A DNA stretch of 64,000 nucleotides. Origin: Oligoflexia bacterium (GTDB lineage: Bacteria > Bdellovibrionota > UBA1018). Of this stretch, positions 19,334 through 29,259 are shown piece by piece. A model generated the notes under the pieces. The model had not been told where the DNA came from. It saw only the letters and a program-made list of their open reading frames with translations, and ran no database searches. The stretch spans positions 448,001 to 512,000 of the forward strand of contig CAVWVI010000004.1 of NCBI GenBank assembly GCA_963758495.1. Direction: 5' to 3'. How positions within the stretch are numbered: position 1 is the stretch's first letter; every line of letters starts with the position of its first letter. The translations under genes were made by a program, and so were the position numbers.

Positions 19334-19732
19334 ATGAATGAACAGAAATCAAAAAAAATGCTTTTAACTTCCCTAGCGACTTTAGGTGTGATGGTTTGCT
19401 TTAGTCATTCACGCTTATCTTGGGCCGATGAAAGTAACTCAGACCCTGTCAGCACCACACATGCCGACCACCATAAACGTGTAAAAAGGGCTTTTAAGCT
19501 GGGCGTGTGTGTTGGAGAAGCTTTAGCTGCAGACGGCATTAAATTGTCACCTGGTGAGATGGAGAAAGAATCCACTATTGATCACGTAACCAAAGAGAAA
19601 ATTAAAAAGCAGCTGAGAGCGTGTCGGGATGAAATCAAGAGCGTTGAAAGGTCAACCCTGGACCCTACAACAGATCCATCGACTACAAGTGACACATTCG
19701 ATCCAGAAATGGAGGAGGAAGCCAACACCTAA
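19334..19732 (+). CDS. Secreted hypothetical protein
   Basis: AAGGAG RBS, signal peptide ending SWA, His cluster, two Cys, acidic tail. Confidence 0.7.
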   Translation: MNEQKSKKMLLTSLATLGVMVCFSHSRLSWADESNSDPVSTTHADHHKRVKRAFKLGVCVGEALAADGIKLSPGEMEKESTIDHVTKEKIKKQLRACRDEIKSVERSTLDPTTDPSTTSDTFDPEMEEEANT

Positions 19733-19773
19733 TCATGTCTAACTTTTAGTTTCTGCGAGAGAATAGTATTTAT

Positions 19774-19810
19774 TGAGAGAATAGTATTCATGATGACTCC
19801 TATTCTCTCA
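19774..19810. terminator. Hairpin between convergent genes
   Basis: TGAGAGAATAG...CTATTCTCTCA inverted repeat; the left arm is also duplicated directly upstream (19757-19770). Confidence 0.5.
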
Positions 19811-19844
19811 CTTATAAGACAACACAAACGCCACGTTGAGAAGA

Positions 19845-21182
19845 TTATCTCCCAGCCTTCTTCAACCCAAATGGCCGTAACTGCGCTGCCAGCGTTTTGG
19901 AGGGCTTGGGCCCTAAAGCCAAGACACTTCTCTGATCATCCTTAAAGAGATACTTCGCCACTCGTTGCAAATCTTTAGGAGTCACTGCATCGACTTGTTC
20001 GCAAACTTCTTCTACCGAATAATGCTTCCCTAAGAAAATCTCGTTTTTCGCAATGCTGGACATTCTAGCCTCTACGCTATCTGCGGAAAGAAGAATGGTG
20101 CCTTTTAGATTATCTTGAATCATCTTGAGTTCATCTTTAGGTAAAGGCTTGTCTTTGATTTGAACGATACACTCTTCAATCAACTTCAAACAAAGAGGCA
20201 CCTGTGCCATCCCTGTTGCCACATAAATTGAGAAAACACCCGAATCAATAAATGGAGATAAACAGGAATAAACATTGTAGGCGAGACCGTGCTTCTCTCT
20301 AATTTCCTGAAAAAGCGATGAACTCATCCCACCCCCTAGATACACATTCAGTAGAAATGCCGCAAACCGATCTTTGGAAGCATAGTGGGGTCCAGGCACA
20401 CCCCAAACCAAGTGAACTTGTTCTGTGGGTCGCTCTACCCACCAAAAACCTTTCTGAATCAAGGGCGCAACAACCGGTTCAAGCTCTTTCGCCTTCACTC
20501 TCTTAAGCTGACTCGACTCCAAGTTCTTAGGTCGCCCCGGCCATCTATTTTTACACATTGACTTGAGTTGACGTATCAAGGATTCATGATTGATATTTCC
20601 TGCAACAGACACAATGAGCTGATCAGGACGATAATATTTTTTAAAAAATTTGACCAGACTACCGCGCTGTAATCGTTTGATACTCTGAGTGGTGCCTAAG
20701 ATGGGCTTCCCTAAACCATGTTTCCCGTAAATAAATTCAAAAAATAAATCATAAGCAAGCTCTTCAGGAGACTCTTCCACCATCGAGATCTCCTGTAAGA
20801 TCACCTTACGTTCGCGTTCAAATTCCTCTTTCTTAAAGTCCGAATTCAGCAAAACATCACTGAGGATTTCTAGTCCTAATTTACGATCTCGCTCCAAAAG
20901 TAAAATATGGAAACAGGTGTGCTCCCGCGAAGTAAATGCATTAAACTCTCCACCCGCTTGATCAACTTCTCGAGCAATCTGAAGTGCTGAGCGGCTCTTA
21001 GTCCCTTTAAAAAGCATATGCTCTAAAAAGTGAGAGACTCCTGCGATTGGAGCTGCCTCGTGGCGCGTGCCTATTTTAACCCAAACCCCCATGGACAAGC
21101 TTCGAAACTCAGGCAGCCTTTCTGAAACCAGCGTGAGGCCATTATCAAAAACTGTTTTTTTAAATTTGGGCTTTTTCGCCAT
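19845..21182 (-). CDS. M16 family zinc peptidase (pitrilysin/YmxG-like)
   Basis: HFLEHMLFKGT inverted zinc motif, NAFTSRE, LFQEIREKHGLAY. Start placed at MAKKP. Confidence 0.92.
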   Translation of the reverse strand: MAKKPKFKKTVFDNGLTLVSERLPEFRSLSMGVWVKIGTRHEAAPIAGVSHFLEHMLFKGTKSRSALQIAREVDQAGGEFNAFTSREHTCFHILLLERDRKLGLEILSDVLLNSDFKKEEFERERKVILQEISMVEESPEELAYDLFFEFIYGKHGLGKPILGTTQSIKRLQRGSLVKFFKKYYRPDQLIVSVAGNINHESLIRQLKSMCKNRWPGRPKNLESSQLKRVKAKELEPVVAPLIQKGFWWVERPTEQVHLVWGVPGPHYASKDRFAAFLLNVYLGGGMSSSLFQEIREKHGLAYNVYSCLSPFIDSGVFSIYVATGMAQVPLCLKLIEECIVQIKDKPLPKDELKMIQDNLKGTILLSADSVEARMSSIAKNEIFLGKHYSVEEVCEQVDAVTPKDLQRVAKYLFKDDQRSVLALGPKPSKTLAAQLRPFGLKKAGR

Positions 21183-21343
21183 GAAAGCAAAGTACCGTGC
21201 TATGCCTAGATTGTCTAGAAACCTCTCAGACAGCCCCATATTGACACCCGCTCTCTGGTGTCTAATAGAGTCCAGAGTCATTTATACTTTAGGCTAATAC
21301 CTTCGACTTTCAGTCTGGACGCGCTTTAACTGCAAGTAAGAAG

Positions 21344-21359
21344 CGGCACACAAACTGCT
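21344..21359 (+). promoter_or_regulatory. Putative sigma54 promoter
   Basis: CGGCACACAAACTGCT = GGCAC-N-TGCT with GG-N10-GC spacing. Confidence 0.5.
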
Positions 21360-21402
21360 TATGACCCCATTCGATATCAACTTTTGATAACATAAGGAGA
21401 CA

Positions 21403-21684
21403 ATGAATATGTTTAAAAGAAATATTTTTCCAATGTCTATGGCATTAGTTGGGTTGCTTTCTTTTTCAGGTTTAGCAATTGCTGATGATCACAGCGGCGG
21501 CGGTGACTTTGAACGTCGACTCGTATGGAAGGTCGAGGAATTAGAACGTAAGCTCGAAAAACTCGAGCATAGTAATTTCGAACTTCGGGGAAATGTGGAA
21601 CATCTCAATGAACAAGTGGGACATCTACACGAAAAGGTAGAACGGCTTGAACATGAGTACCAACCCCACGGCACCAGCCAGTAA
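21403..21684 (+). CDS. Small secreted coiled-coil protein
   Basis: TAAGGAG RBS, signal peptide ending AIA, heptad-repeat His/Glu-rich coil. Confidence 0.75.
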   Translation: MNMFKRNIFPMSMALVGLLSFSGLAIADDHSGGGDFERRLVWKVEELERKLEKLEHSNFELRGNVEHLNEQVGHLHEKVERLEHEYQPHGTSQ

Positions 21685-21706
21685 AAAAATGATCTCCATT
21701 TAAAGG

Positions 21707-21814
21707 AACTGCCTCGGGGGAGTGTTGCACTTCATATTCAGATATCTAAATCATGATCGGCTCAGATTGAAATTTTAAACTTTGAATATGACGCGACGCC
21801 CTCCGTGAGGAGTT
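21707..21814 (+). other. Long imperfect 3' hairpin between convergent genes
   Basis: AACT/AGTT, CCTC/GAGG, GGGGG/CCTCC, GTGTTGC/GCGACGC and TCATATTCAGA/TTTGAATATGA pair, with G-U wobbles on the + strand. Confidence 0.55.
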
Positions 21815-21825
21815 ATTGTGGCGAG

Positions 21826-22866
21826 TTATTTCTTTTTATGAACCATCTTCCTTTTCCGCTGCTTACTTTTACGCCGCTTAATAGATCGTTCAACCATAGA
21901 AAGAGTTTTTTTCAGTCGTGCGATATGAATAATACCCGTGCCAGGTATAGTTAAAGGTGCAGTGGTCACTCCAATCACGATTCCGGTGGTAGGAGTTCGG
22001 ATCTGAGTTCTCGCTTTACCAAACGGATTGAGAATAGTACCAATTAAATCTCCTTCATAAATAAGATCCCCTGGCTTAACAACCAGATCAAGAATTCCGC
22101 CTTTTTCAGCTCTAATCCAGTCACTCACTTTAACAATCACCTGAAAAGGGGGGCGCGCCGCCTCTCGTTCAGGCCACATGCCCATATGAGACAATACGCT
22201 TAAAACCCCTCTTAACCCGATCAAAGAAATTTTCTGTGAAAATCTTCCTGTTTCACCGGCTTCAAAAAGAATCGTTGGCACACCGTTATCAGTCGCCTCC
22301 CGACGGAGAGAACCTCGAACACCTGCTTGGTCCACTAAAACGGTCGCTCCAAAGGCGCGTGCTAACTTCCTCACTTTGGGATGTTTCATATCCCCCCTCA
22401 CATGGGGTAAATTGACTCGCCCGCTGGCTGCTGTATGAATATCAATCCCAAAATCACACTTCTGAATAATTTCAGAATAGAGTCGAAATGCGAAACGCTC
22501 CGCGTTATTTCCCTTCCGTTTTCCTGGAAAAAATCGATTCAGATCTCGATGATAGGGCAAATATCGAGACTGACCCAAAAACCCAGGAATGTTAGCTACT
22601 GGAATAGCAATCAAGGTTCCGGATAGTTTTTCGTGATCAATATCGAAAATAAGTCGACGAACAATATCCGCACCATTAATTTCATCCCCGTGAATAGCTG
22701 CTAATATAAATGCAGTAGGGCCAGGATTCCTTCCTCGAATCACAGTGACTGGCACTTGAATTGCCCCTGAAAGGAATGACTCTGAAACCTTTAAATAGAT
22801 TTCTCGGGTCTCTCCCTCAGCAATTCGAATTCCACTAATTGAAAACACAGTGTTACTTGAGTCCAT
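21826..22866 (-). CDS. Succinylglutamate desuccinylase/aspartoacylase family (M14) protein
   Basis: AAIHGDEING, RDLNRFFPG, IDIHTA, FEAGE motifs. Confidence 0.9.
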   Translation of the reverse strand: MDSSNTVFSISGIRIAEGETREIYLKVSESFLSGAIQVPVTVIRGRNPGPTAFILAAIHGDEINGADIVRRLIFDIDHEKLSGTLIAIPVANIPGFLGQSRYLPYHRDLNRFFPGKRKGNNAERFAFRLYSEIIQKCDFGIDIHTAASGRVNLPHVRGDMKHPKVRKLARAFGATVLVDQAGVRGSLRREATDNGVPTILFEAGETGRFSQKISLIGLRGVLSVLSHMGMWPEREAARPPFQVIVKVSDWIRAEKGGILDLVVKPGDLIYEGDLIGTILNPFGKARTQIRTPTTGIVIGVTTAPLTIPGTGIIHIARLKKTLSMVERSIKRRKSKQRKRKMVHKKK

Positions 22867-22898
22867 CTCTTATCTAGTATAGAAAATTTAAATCCCGT

Positions 22899-23960
22899 AT
22901 GAAGCAAAAAACTCTGAATCCTCAAAAAAGATTGAAACCTTCTGAAAATGAAGACACTGAAACCTCCGAAAACCCGGATCACCCAGATCACCCAGATCAC
23001 AACGAAGAGATGGAACCCGAAGCCACGGAACTAGAAGATCCATCGGATGCCGAAATAGAATCCAGTTTACCTTCAACCACACTTCCACTTAAAGAGTTAG
23101 AAGCCAGTGCGATATCTCCTAATGACCCCCTCAGGAGGTATTTAGAAGAAATTCGAAGATATCCTCTTTTAGAACCCAGTGAAGAATTCGCATTAGCAAT
23201 CAAGCTCCGAGAAGAAGGAGATATGAGCGCAGCCCGCACATTAGTCTCCGCCAATCTTCGATTAGTGGTCAAAATTGCTTTTGAATATCGAACATTTTAT
23301 TCGAACTTACTGGATTTAATTCAAGAAGGTAATATTGGCTTAATGAAAGCTGTATCGAAGTTTGACCCCACCAAGGGAGCTCGACTTGGATATTATTCTT
23401 CCTGGTGGATTCGTTCGTACATTTTAAAGTACCTCTTAGATAACTTTCGCCTTGTGAAAGTAGGCACTACCCAGGCGCAAAAAAAACTTTTCTACCATCT
23501 CATGAGAGAAAAAGAGAAATTGGAAGCACAAGGCCTCCTCGCAGGCCCTAAGCTTTTAGCTGAAAAGCTCAATGTTCGCGAAAAGGATGTGCTTGAAATG
23601 GAGCAGCGCCTCTCTGGACGAGGAGCCGAGATGTCATTAGACACCCCTGTGAACCACGACAGCGAGAATCAAACCACTCATAGTGATCTTTTGGTGGATC
23701 ATAATCAAATTGCTGATCAAGTTTTAGAACAGGCAGAATTACTTAAACTTCTCAGGGATCAGCTTCCCCATTTCCAAAAACTACTCAATGATAAAGAATT
23801 GAGAATTCTCAATGACCGACTCTTAGCAGAAGAGCCCAAAACCTTACAAGAAGTCGCAGATCTCTATGGCTTAACTCGAGAGCGAGCACGACAAATCGAA
23901 ACTAAAGTCATTGAAAAACTTAGGGATTTTATGAAAACCTCATTTTCAGGAAAGCACTAA
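22899..23960 (+). CDS. rpoH: RNA polymerase sigma factor, sigma-32 (RpoH) family
   Basis: DLIQEGNIGLMKAV, RpoH-box-like KVGTTQAQKKLFY, region 4 TRERARQIE. Confidence 0.85.
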   Translation: MKQKTLNPQKRLKPSENEDTETSENPDHPDHPDHNEEMEPEATELEDPSDAEIESSLPSTTLPLKELEASAISPNDPLRRYLEEIRRYPLLEPSEEFALAIKLREEGDMSAARTLVSANLRLVVKIAFEYRTFYSNLLDLIQEGNIGLMKAVSKFDPTKGARLGYYSSWWIRSYILKYLLDNFRLVKVGTTQAQKKLFYHLMREKEKLEAQGLLAGPKLLAEKLNVREKDVLEMEQRLSGRGAEMSLDTPVNHDSENQTTHSDLLVDHNQIADQVLEQAELLKLLRDQLPHFQKLLNDKELRILNDRLLAEEPKTLQEVADLYGLTRERARQIETKVIEKLRDFMKTSFSGKH

Positions 23961-24081
23961 TTATCAACTCACTCCTACTGAACCTAGCTTTTTCCTTTAC
24001 AGGAAGGCAGGGATCGTGTTAGTTCCTGACCAAATAAATAGTGAAATTATTAATAAAAACACATTCTTTTAGGTAAAAATC

Positions 24082-24360
24082 ATGGCAGGAAATACAGCAG
24101 TTAAAGAGAAAAAGGCCGAAATCGTAGAGAAACACTCTCGCAAAGCAAGCGATACAGGCTCTCCAGAGGTTCAAGTAGCACTCCTCACTCATCATATTAA
24201 TGAATTGAACGAGCATTTCAAAATTCATCCAAAAGATCATCATTCTCGTCGCGGCCTCCTTAAAATGGTCGGCCAGCGCCGTCGACTTCTCACTTATCTT
24301 AAAAATGCTGACCAAAAGCGTTATACTCAGCTCATTCAGTCACTTGAACTTCGAAAATAA
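24082..24360 (+). CDS. rpsO: 30S ribosomal protein S15
   Basis: [33 protein letters not shown]. Confidence 0.97.
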   Translation: MAGNTAVKEKKAEIVEKHSRKASDTGSPEVQVALLTHHINELNEHFKIHPKDHHSRRGLLKMVGQRRRLLTYLKNADQKRYTQLIQSLELRK

Positions 24361-24426
24361 TACCTTTAAGCTGGGTTGTTATTTTTCAATTTCATTCGAG
24401 CTACAGTTAAACCCCAGGAGGGTTTT

Positions 24427-26652
24427 ATGATCCATCGTGTATCTTGTGAGATGGGCAACAAGACTTTGTCTATCGAAACAGGCAAATTAGCGAAACAAGC
24501 AAATGGCTCCGTTCTCGTCAGCTATGGCGATACTCGAGTCCTTGTCACCGCATGTTCAAGCAAAGAGCCACGTGCAGGAGCGGACTTTTTTCCGCTTACC
24601 GTGGAATTTTCGGAGAAATTTTATGCTGCTGGAAAAATTCCTGGCAGTTTTCATAAACGGGAAGGTCGCCCAACGCAGGAAGCTACGCTTTCAGCACGAA
24701 TGATCGATCGCCCTATCCGACCTTTATTTCCAGAAGGCTATTATTACGACACCCAAGTTGTCGCAACAGTACTTTCTGTGGATCCAGAAGCTGACGTTGA
24801 TGTCGCTGCAGCAGTAGGCGCTTCAGCAGCACTCCATATTTCAGATCTTCCTTTCAATGGCCCAACAGCCGCTTGTAGAATGGGGCGAATTGAGGGTCAG
24901 TATGTTGTGAATCCAACCTGGACTCAAATTGAGTCAGGCGTAACCGACATGGAAATTCTTATTGCCGGCACCAAGAACGCCATTATGATGGTGGAAGGTG
25001 GAGCACGTGAAGTTCCAGAGGATCAAGTTTTAGAAGCCATCCTCAAAGGCCATCAAGAGATTAAAAAAGTAACTGATGTTATTGAAGAACTCAGGAAGCT
25101 TTGTGGAAAACCAAAACGCGCATTTACAGCTGCCGTACTGGATACAAGCATAAAAGCTAAAGTAGAAAAAGAGGCTACATCAGCCCTTCAAAAAGCGCTT
25201 AAGACAAAAGATAAACAGACTCGCTACGATTTAGTAGCAGCTGCAAAAAAAGCAACTGTGGCTGCTTTAGTTCCTAGCTCTCTTGCAGAGTCCAAGCCGG
25301 AAGAAGCAAAGAAGCTTGAAAGTGACGTGAAGTCAGCTTTTGAACTTCTGCAATATAATCTCATGAGAGAGATGATCCTCAGCGAGAAAATGCGAATTGA
25401 TGGTCGAGATATGACCACCATTCGCCCGATCTCAGTAGAAGCGGGACTTCTCCCAAGAACACACGGAAGCTCACTCTTTACTCGTGGTGAAACCCAAGTA
25501 CTTGCTACCATTACACTGGGAACATCCGAAGATGAGCAAATCGTGGACACCATGTTTCAAAACTCTATGCGGAAATTCATGCTCCATTACAACTTCCCTC
25601 CTTTCAGCGTAGGAGAGACAGGACGAATGGGTGGACAAAGTCGACGTGAAATTGGACACGGTGCTCTTGCAGAGCGCTCTATCAAAGCCATGATGCCGAC
25701 CTACGATAAATTTCCTTACACAGTCCGCATCGTTTGTGAAACCTTAGAAAGTAACGGCTCTTCATCCATGGGCTCCGTTTGTAGCGCGTCCATGGCTCTT
25801 ATGGATACCGGAGTGCCTTTTGCTAAGCCTGTTGCAGGAATTGCAATGGGTTTGATTAAAGAAGAGAATCGCGTAGCCATTCTCTCTGATATCCTAGGAG
25901 ATGAAGATCATCTCGGTGATATGGATTTCAAAGTCGCCGGAACACGAGAAGGTGTCACTGGAATTCAGATGGACATCAAAATTGAGGGTGTTGATGAGCC
26001 GATTATGAGGACAGCGCTGGCTCAAGCTCGCGAAGGCCGTCTTCATATTATCAATGAAATGAGTAAAGCCATTGAACATCCTCGAACAGAGATGTCCAAA
26101 CTTGCTCCTAGAATTACAACCATTTCTGTTCCAACAGATAAAATTCGTGAAGTCATTGGATCAGGTGGAAAAGTGATCAAAGATATCATTGCTCAAACCG
26201 GATGTAAGATTGATATCAATGACGATGGAAAAATCAATATTGCTTCAAACGATGGTGTCGCCGCTCAAAAGGCGATCGACATGATCAAAAGCATTGTTGC
26301 TGAAGTCGAAGTAGGTAAGATCTACAAAGGCATTGTTAAAAAGATCGTCGATTTTGGAGCTTTTGTTGGAGTACTTCCTAATCAAGACGGACTTCTCCAT
26401 ATTTCAGAAATCGCTCACGAGCGTGTTAATAGCGTTCTCGATTATATAAAAGAAGGCGATGAAATCGAAGTGAAGGTCATCGAAGTTGATAAATCAGGTA
26501 AGATTCGTCTTTCCAGAAAAGTACTTCTTCCAGCACCAGAGAGTGGGAGCAATGCTCCTCGCTCTAGCGGTGGTGGACGAGGGAGTGACCGTGGACCTCG
26601 ACCCATTGTAGGGCGCAGTGGAAATGAACCTACAGGTGGGAATCCAGCTTAA
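24427..26652 (+). CDS. pnp: Polyribonucleotide nucleotidyltransferase
   Basis: RREIGHG, SNGSSSM, EDHLGDMDFKVAGT; KH and S1 domains; follows rpsO; AGGAGG RBS before 24427. Confidence 0.97.
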   Translation: MIHRVSCEMGNKTLSIETGKLAKQANGSVLVSYGDTRVLVTACSSKEPRAGADFFPLTVEFSEKFYAAGKIPGSFHKREGRPTQEATLSARMIDRPIRPLFPEGYYYDTQVVATVLSVDPEADVDVAAAVGASAALHISDLPFNGPTAACRMGRIEGQYVVNPTWTQIESGVTDMEILIAGTKNAIMMVEGGAREVPEDQVLEAILKGHQEIKKVTDVIEELRKLCGKPKRAFTAAVLDTSIKAKVEKEATSALQKALKTKDKQTRYDLVAAAKKATVAALVPSSLAESKPEEAKKLESDVKSAFELLQYNLMREMILSEKMRIDGRDMTTIRPISVEAGLLPRTHGSSLFTRGETQVLATITLGTSEDEQIVDTMFQNSMRKFMLHYNFPPFSVGETGRMGGQSRREIGHGALAERSIKAMMPTYDKFPYTVRIVCETLESNGSSSMGSVCSASMALMDTGVPFAKPVAGIAMGLIKEENRVAILSDILGDEDHLGDMDFKVAGTREGVTGIQMDIKIEGVDEPIMRTALAQAREGRLHIINEMSKAIEHPRTEMSKLAPRITTISVPTDKIREVIGSGGKVIKDIIAQTGCKIDINDDGKINIASNDGVAAQKAIDMIKSIVAEVEVGKIYKGIVKKIVDFGAFVGVLPNQDGLLHISEIAHERVNSVLDYIKEGDEIEVKVIEVDKSGKIRLSRKVLLPAPESGSNAPRSSGGGRGSDRGPRPIVGRSGNEPTGGNPA

Positions 26653-26685
26653 CTTTTAGACAAAACTTCAAAATAGTATTTATTT

Positions 26686-26741
26686 AAAAAGCCGCGTTTC
26701 TCTCGAGCGAATCCAAGAAGAGAGTAAAACGCGGCTTTTTT
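26686..26741. terminator. Bidirectional intrinsic terminator
   Basis: AAAAAGCCGCGTTT...AAACGCGGCTTTTT between convergent genes. Confidence 0.8.
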
Positions 26742-26759
26742 ATAAATTCGTTAAAAATC

Positions 26760-27614
26760 TCACATCAACATCCAACTCACTAAGAGCCCCAAAGAAGTAG
26801 AACTCAGAGAGAGAGACCCATCTCCTATTAAAATATTGAGGTAAGGATTGAACAAGAGAGAAGGAGTGGCCTGCCAACTTATCCCTGGCTCAATATCCGT
26901 TCCATCATTATGAAAAGAATGAAATTTCTCACCGTAGAGATGACTCAGCTGAATCTCATAAAGAAAAGTAAATGCCATCGTAGGCGAGAATTGATAGTTT
27001 AAATTAGGTGCCAAATAGAGCTCCAAATTATTTCCAAACCCGTACTTGCCGTACCAATTACCTCGTAAAGAGCCATAAAGTCCTAATAGGATCCTAGAGG
27101 ATGGGACTTCGTAAGTAAGAGATTGAAAAGTTTGAGCTCCAAACAAAAGATCACTAAAATGTGAATAGGAAGTCACAGGAAAGTGGAATCGCACATCACT
27201 GTAGAGATTTAAGTTTCCACTATGAATTAAAAAATTATCAGACACCCTAACAAAGGGATCTTGTAATACCATTTTCTGACCCTGAACAGGTTGCCAGAGC
27301 CAATACCCGGTGGCAGCTACTGAATACTCGGGCGAAATATTATATCCCACACTCAGAAAGTTTTTTAGAAATACGGGGCGATCTATATTGGGTTCGCCAT
27401 TAAAATCAGGTTGATAGCTCGTTGGTTTTTTAACAGATGGGCCATAAAGAATCCCAAAATAGTTCGCATTGAATCTACTCAGTATATCCTCATGATCTTG
27501 TGAGATATCAGAATGGACACTTTCTGACTCGATGCGTGGTTCAAAGTCCTGCTCCACAGCAAATGCACTTGCTGCAAACGCAGAAATGGAAAAGAGAATG
27601 AAAAGAAGTTTCAT
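26760..27614 (-). CDS. Putative outer-membrane beta-barrel protein
   Basis: Signal peptide ending AFA; aromatic-rich alternating beta strands. Confidence 0.6.
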   Translation of the reverse strand: MKLLFILFSISAFAASAFAVEQDFEPRIESESVHSDISQDHEDILSRFNANYFGILYGPSVKKPTSYQPDFNGEPNIDRPVFLKNFLSVGYNISPEYSVAATGYWLWQPVQGQKMVLQDPFVRVSDNFLIHSGNLNLYSDVRFHFPVTSYSHFSDLLFGAQTFQSLTYEVPSSRILLGLYGSLRGNWYGKYGFGNNLELYLAPNLNYQFSPTMAFTFLYEIQLSHLYGEKFHSFHNDGTDIEPGISWQATPSLLFNPYLNILIGDGSLSLSSTSLGLLVSWMLM

Positions 27615-27642
27615 GACCTATCCCCCTGGAGAGAAAGGACTT

Positions 27643-27659
27643 AGCAAGGCTCCTGCCAA
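27643..27659 (-). promoter_or_regulatory. Putative sigma54 promoter
   Basis: Minus strand TTGGCAGGAGCCTTGCT, close to the TGGCAC-N5-TTGCW consensus, just ahead of the RBS and ATG 27614. Confidence 0.65.
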
Positions 27660-27766
27660 CTTTTTTAGGCCTATAATGCATTCACCCACTTCAAAGGGGT
27701 GAGGATTGTACAAATCATCTGTTTCAAGGCTACCAAATCATTCGTTTCAAGCTACAATGATCGATA

Positions 27767-28558
27767 ATGGATCAAAAAGTAGCGGAAGAATGGTACATCG
27801 ACGATCACGATCAGAGAAAGGGGCCATTTTCTGCAAAACAGATCTCAGAGCTATTTGAGAAGGGAGAACTTTCAGCGGCTTGCCACATCTCGAATAAAGA
27901 CAAAAGTAAAAGTCTAAAAATCGTGAATTTCCTTGAATCTCGAGTAGATACAACACATTCCTTGTTTCAAACACTGCAGATTTCCAAAGAAAAAGGTTAC
28001 CATTCTCATCATTCTCACTCCTCCCATCAAGATCCTGATATGCCCTTTGAATCAGGGGAAGTGTATGAAGTGATCCACCTTCCCACTAAAAAGAAAAAAA
28101 GTAACCTATCGATCCTTTTAATCACCCTACTCACCCTAGGAATCCTCGTAGGGATTCTTGCAATCATGCGCTTGCTCATGACTCCAAAAGAGACTCCATC
28201 CAAACCCGATAGCTCCACTTTAAAAACTGAAACCTCCCCTCATAAAACCGGACTCGAAGCCACCTTACCCCTTCAGAAACTCGCTCAACCCAAGTTTCCA
28301 ACTCGTTACTCCTCCCCTTTAAAACCTTCTCCTACGCCAGAAATACCTCCTCCAGCGCCCCTCGTTAATGATGAACAGCTTCCCACTTCATCAAATGATG
28401 ATGGAATGATGAATAATGAAGTGGCATCTGACCCTGCAGATCTTCCTCAGGTGGATGCTCCAGGTCCCAAGGAGTTAGATAACAGCTTAAACACACTCCC
28501 AGATCCATCTCAAACCACAACGACACAACCTATTATCATGCCACCGATTACGGAATGA
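27767..28558 (+). CDS. GYF_2/DUF4339-domain single-TM protein with Pro-rich tail
   Basis: WYI...GPFSAKQISELFEKGEL, one TM segment, disordered C-terminus. Confidence 0.65.
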   Translation: MDQKVAEEWYIDDHDQRKGPFSAKQISELFEKGELSAACHISNKDKSKSLKIVNFLESRVDTTHSLFQTLQISKEKGYHSHHSHSSHQDPDMPFESGEVYEVIHLPTKKKKSNLSILLITLLTLGILVGILAIMRLLMTPKETPSKPDSSTLKTETSPHKTGLEATLPLQKLAQPKFPTRYSSPLKPSPTPEIPPPAPLVNDEQLPTSSNDDGMMNNEVASDPADLPQVDAPGPKELDNSLNTLPDPSQTTTTQPIIMPPITE

Positions 28559-28614
28559 ATTACCACTGAATGACTTGACGCAGCTTCAAACGTCAGTTAA
28601 CCAAAGTAGTCTTG

Positions 28615-29259
28615 ATGGTAAATACAAAACGTGGGCTTTTTATTAGCTTTGAGGGAACTGAGGGATCTGGAAAATCCACTTTAATCCGTAAAATTACAAC
28701 TTTACTTGAGCAAGAGGGTTACAAAATAACTCAAACGAGGGAACCTGGGGGAAACGAACTAGCAGAGAAAATCCGCACGATTTTATTAGAAATGCCCATG
28801 CACCCCATGACCGAGCTGCTCCTTTACGAAGCGGCCCGAACTGAACATCTTATAAAAACAATTCAACCTGCATTAAATCGCAATGAATGGGTTCTCTGTG
28901 ATCGATTTACTGATTCCACACTCGCTTATCAAGCCCATGCAAGAGGGCTTCCTTGGAGCCAAGTTAAAACCCTAAATCGAATGGCTACCTTTGGACTCCG
29001 ACCTGATTTAACCGTCTTTTTGGATATTGATCCTCGAATCGGATTAGAAAGAGCTCAAAATCCAAACCGCTTTGAAGCTGAAGGCATTGAATTTCAAAAA
29101 CGTGTCCGCTCTGGTTTTTTAAAAGCCCGAGCTGAGGCTCCCAAACGTTGGATGACGTTAAAAACAGGGGACAAAACACCTGATCAACTCGCTCGGCTTA
29201 TATTGAAGCAAATCAACAAGCGTTTTAAATACAGGATGCAAGGCATTCAGCGTGACTAA
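28615..29259 (+). CDS. tmk: Thymidylate kinase
   Basis: FEGTEGSGKST, TREPGG, CDRFTDSTLAYQ. Confidence 0.95.
   Translation: MVNTKRGLFISFEGTEGSGKSTLIRKITTLLEQEGYKITQTREPGGNELAEKIRTILLEMPMHPMTELLLYEAARTEHLIKTIQPALNRNEWVLCDRFTDSTLAYQAHARGLPWSQVKTLNRMATFGLRPDLTVFLDIDPRIGLERAQNPNRFEAEGIEFQKRVRSGFLKARAEAPKRWMTLKTGDKTPDQLARLILKQINKRFKYRMQGIQRD

Noticed and set aside
21186..21202. sigma54-like motif TAGCACGGTACTTTGCT before the M16 peptidase
   Set aside because: Lacks the GG, has the wrong spacing and is too close to the start codon.
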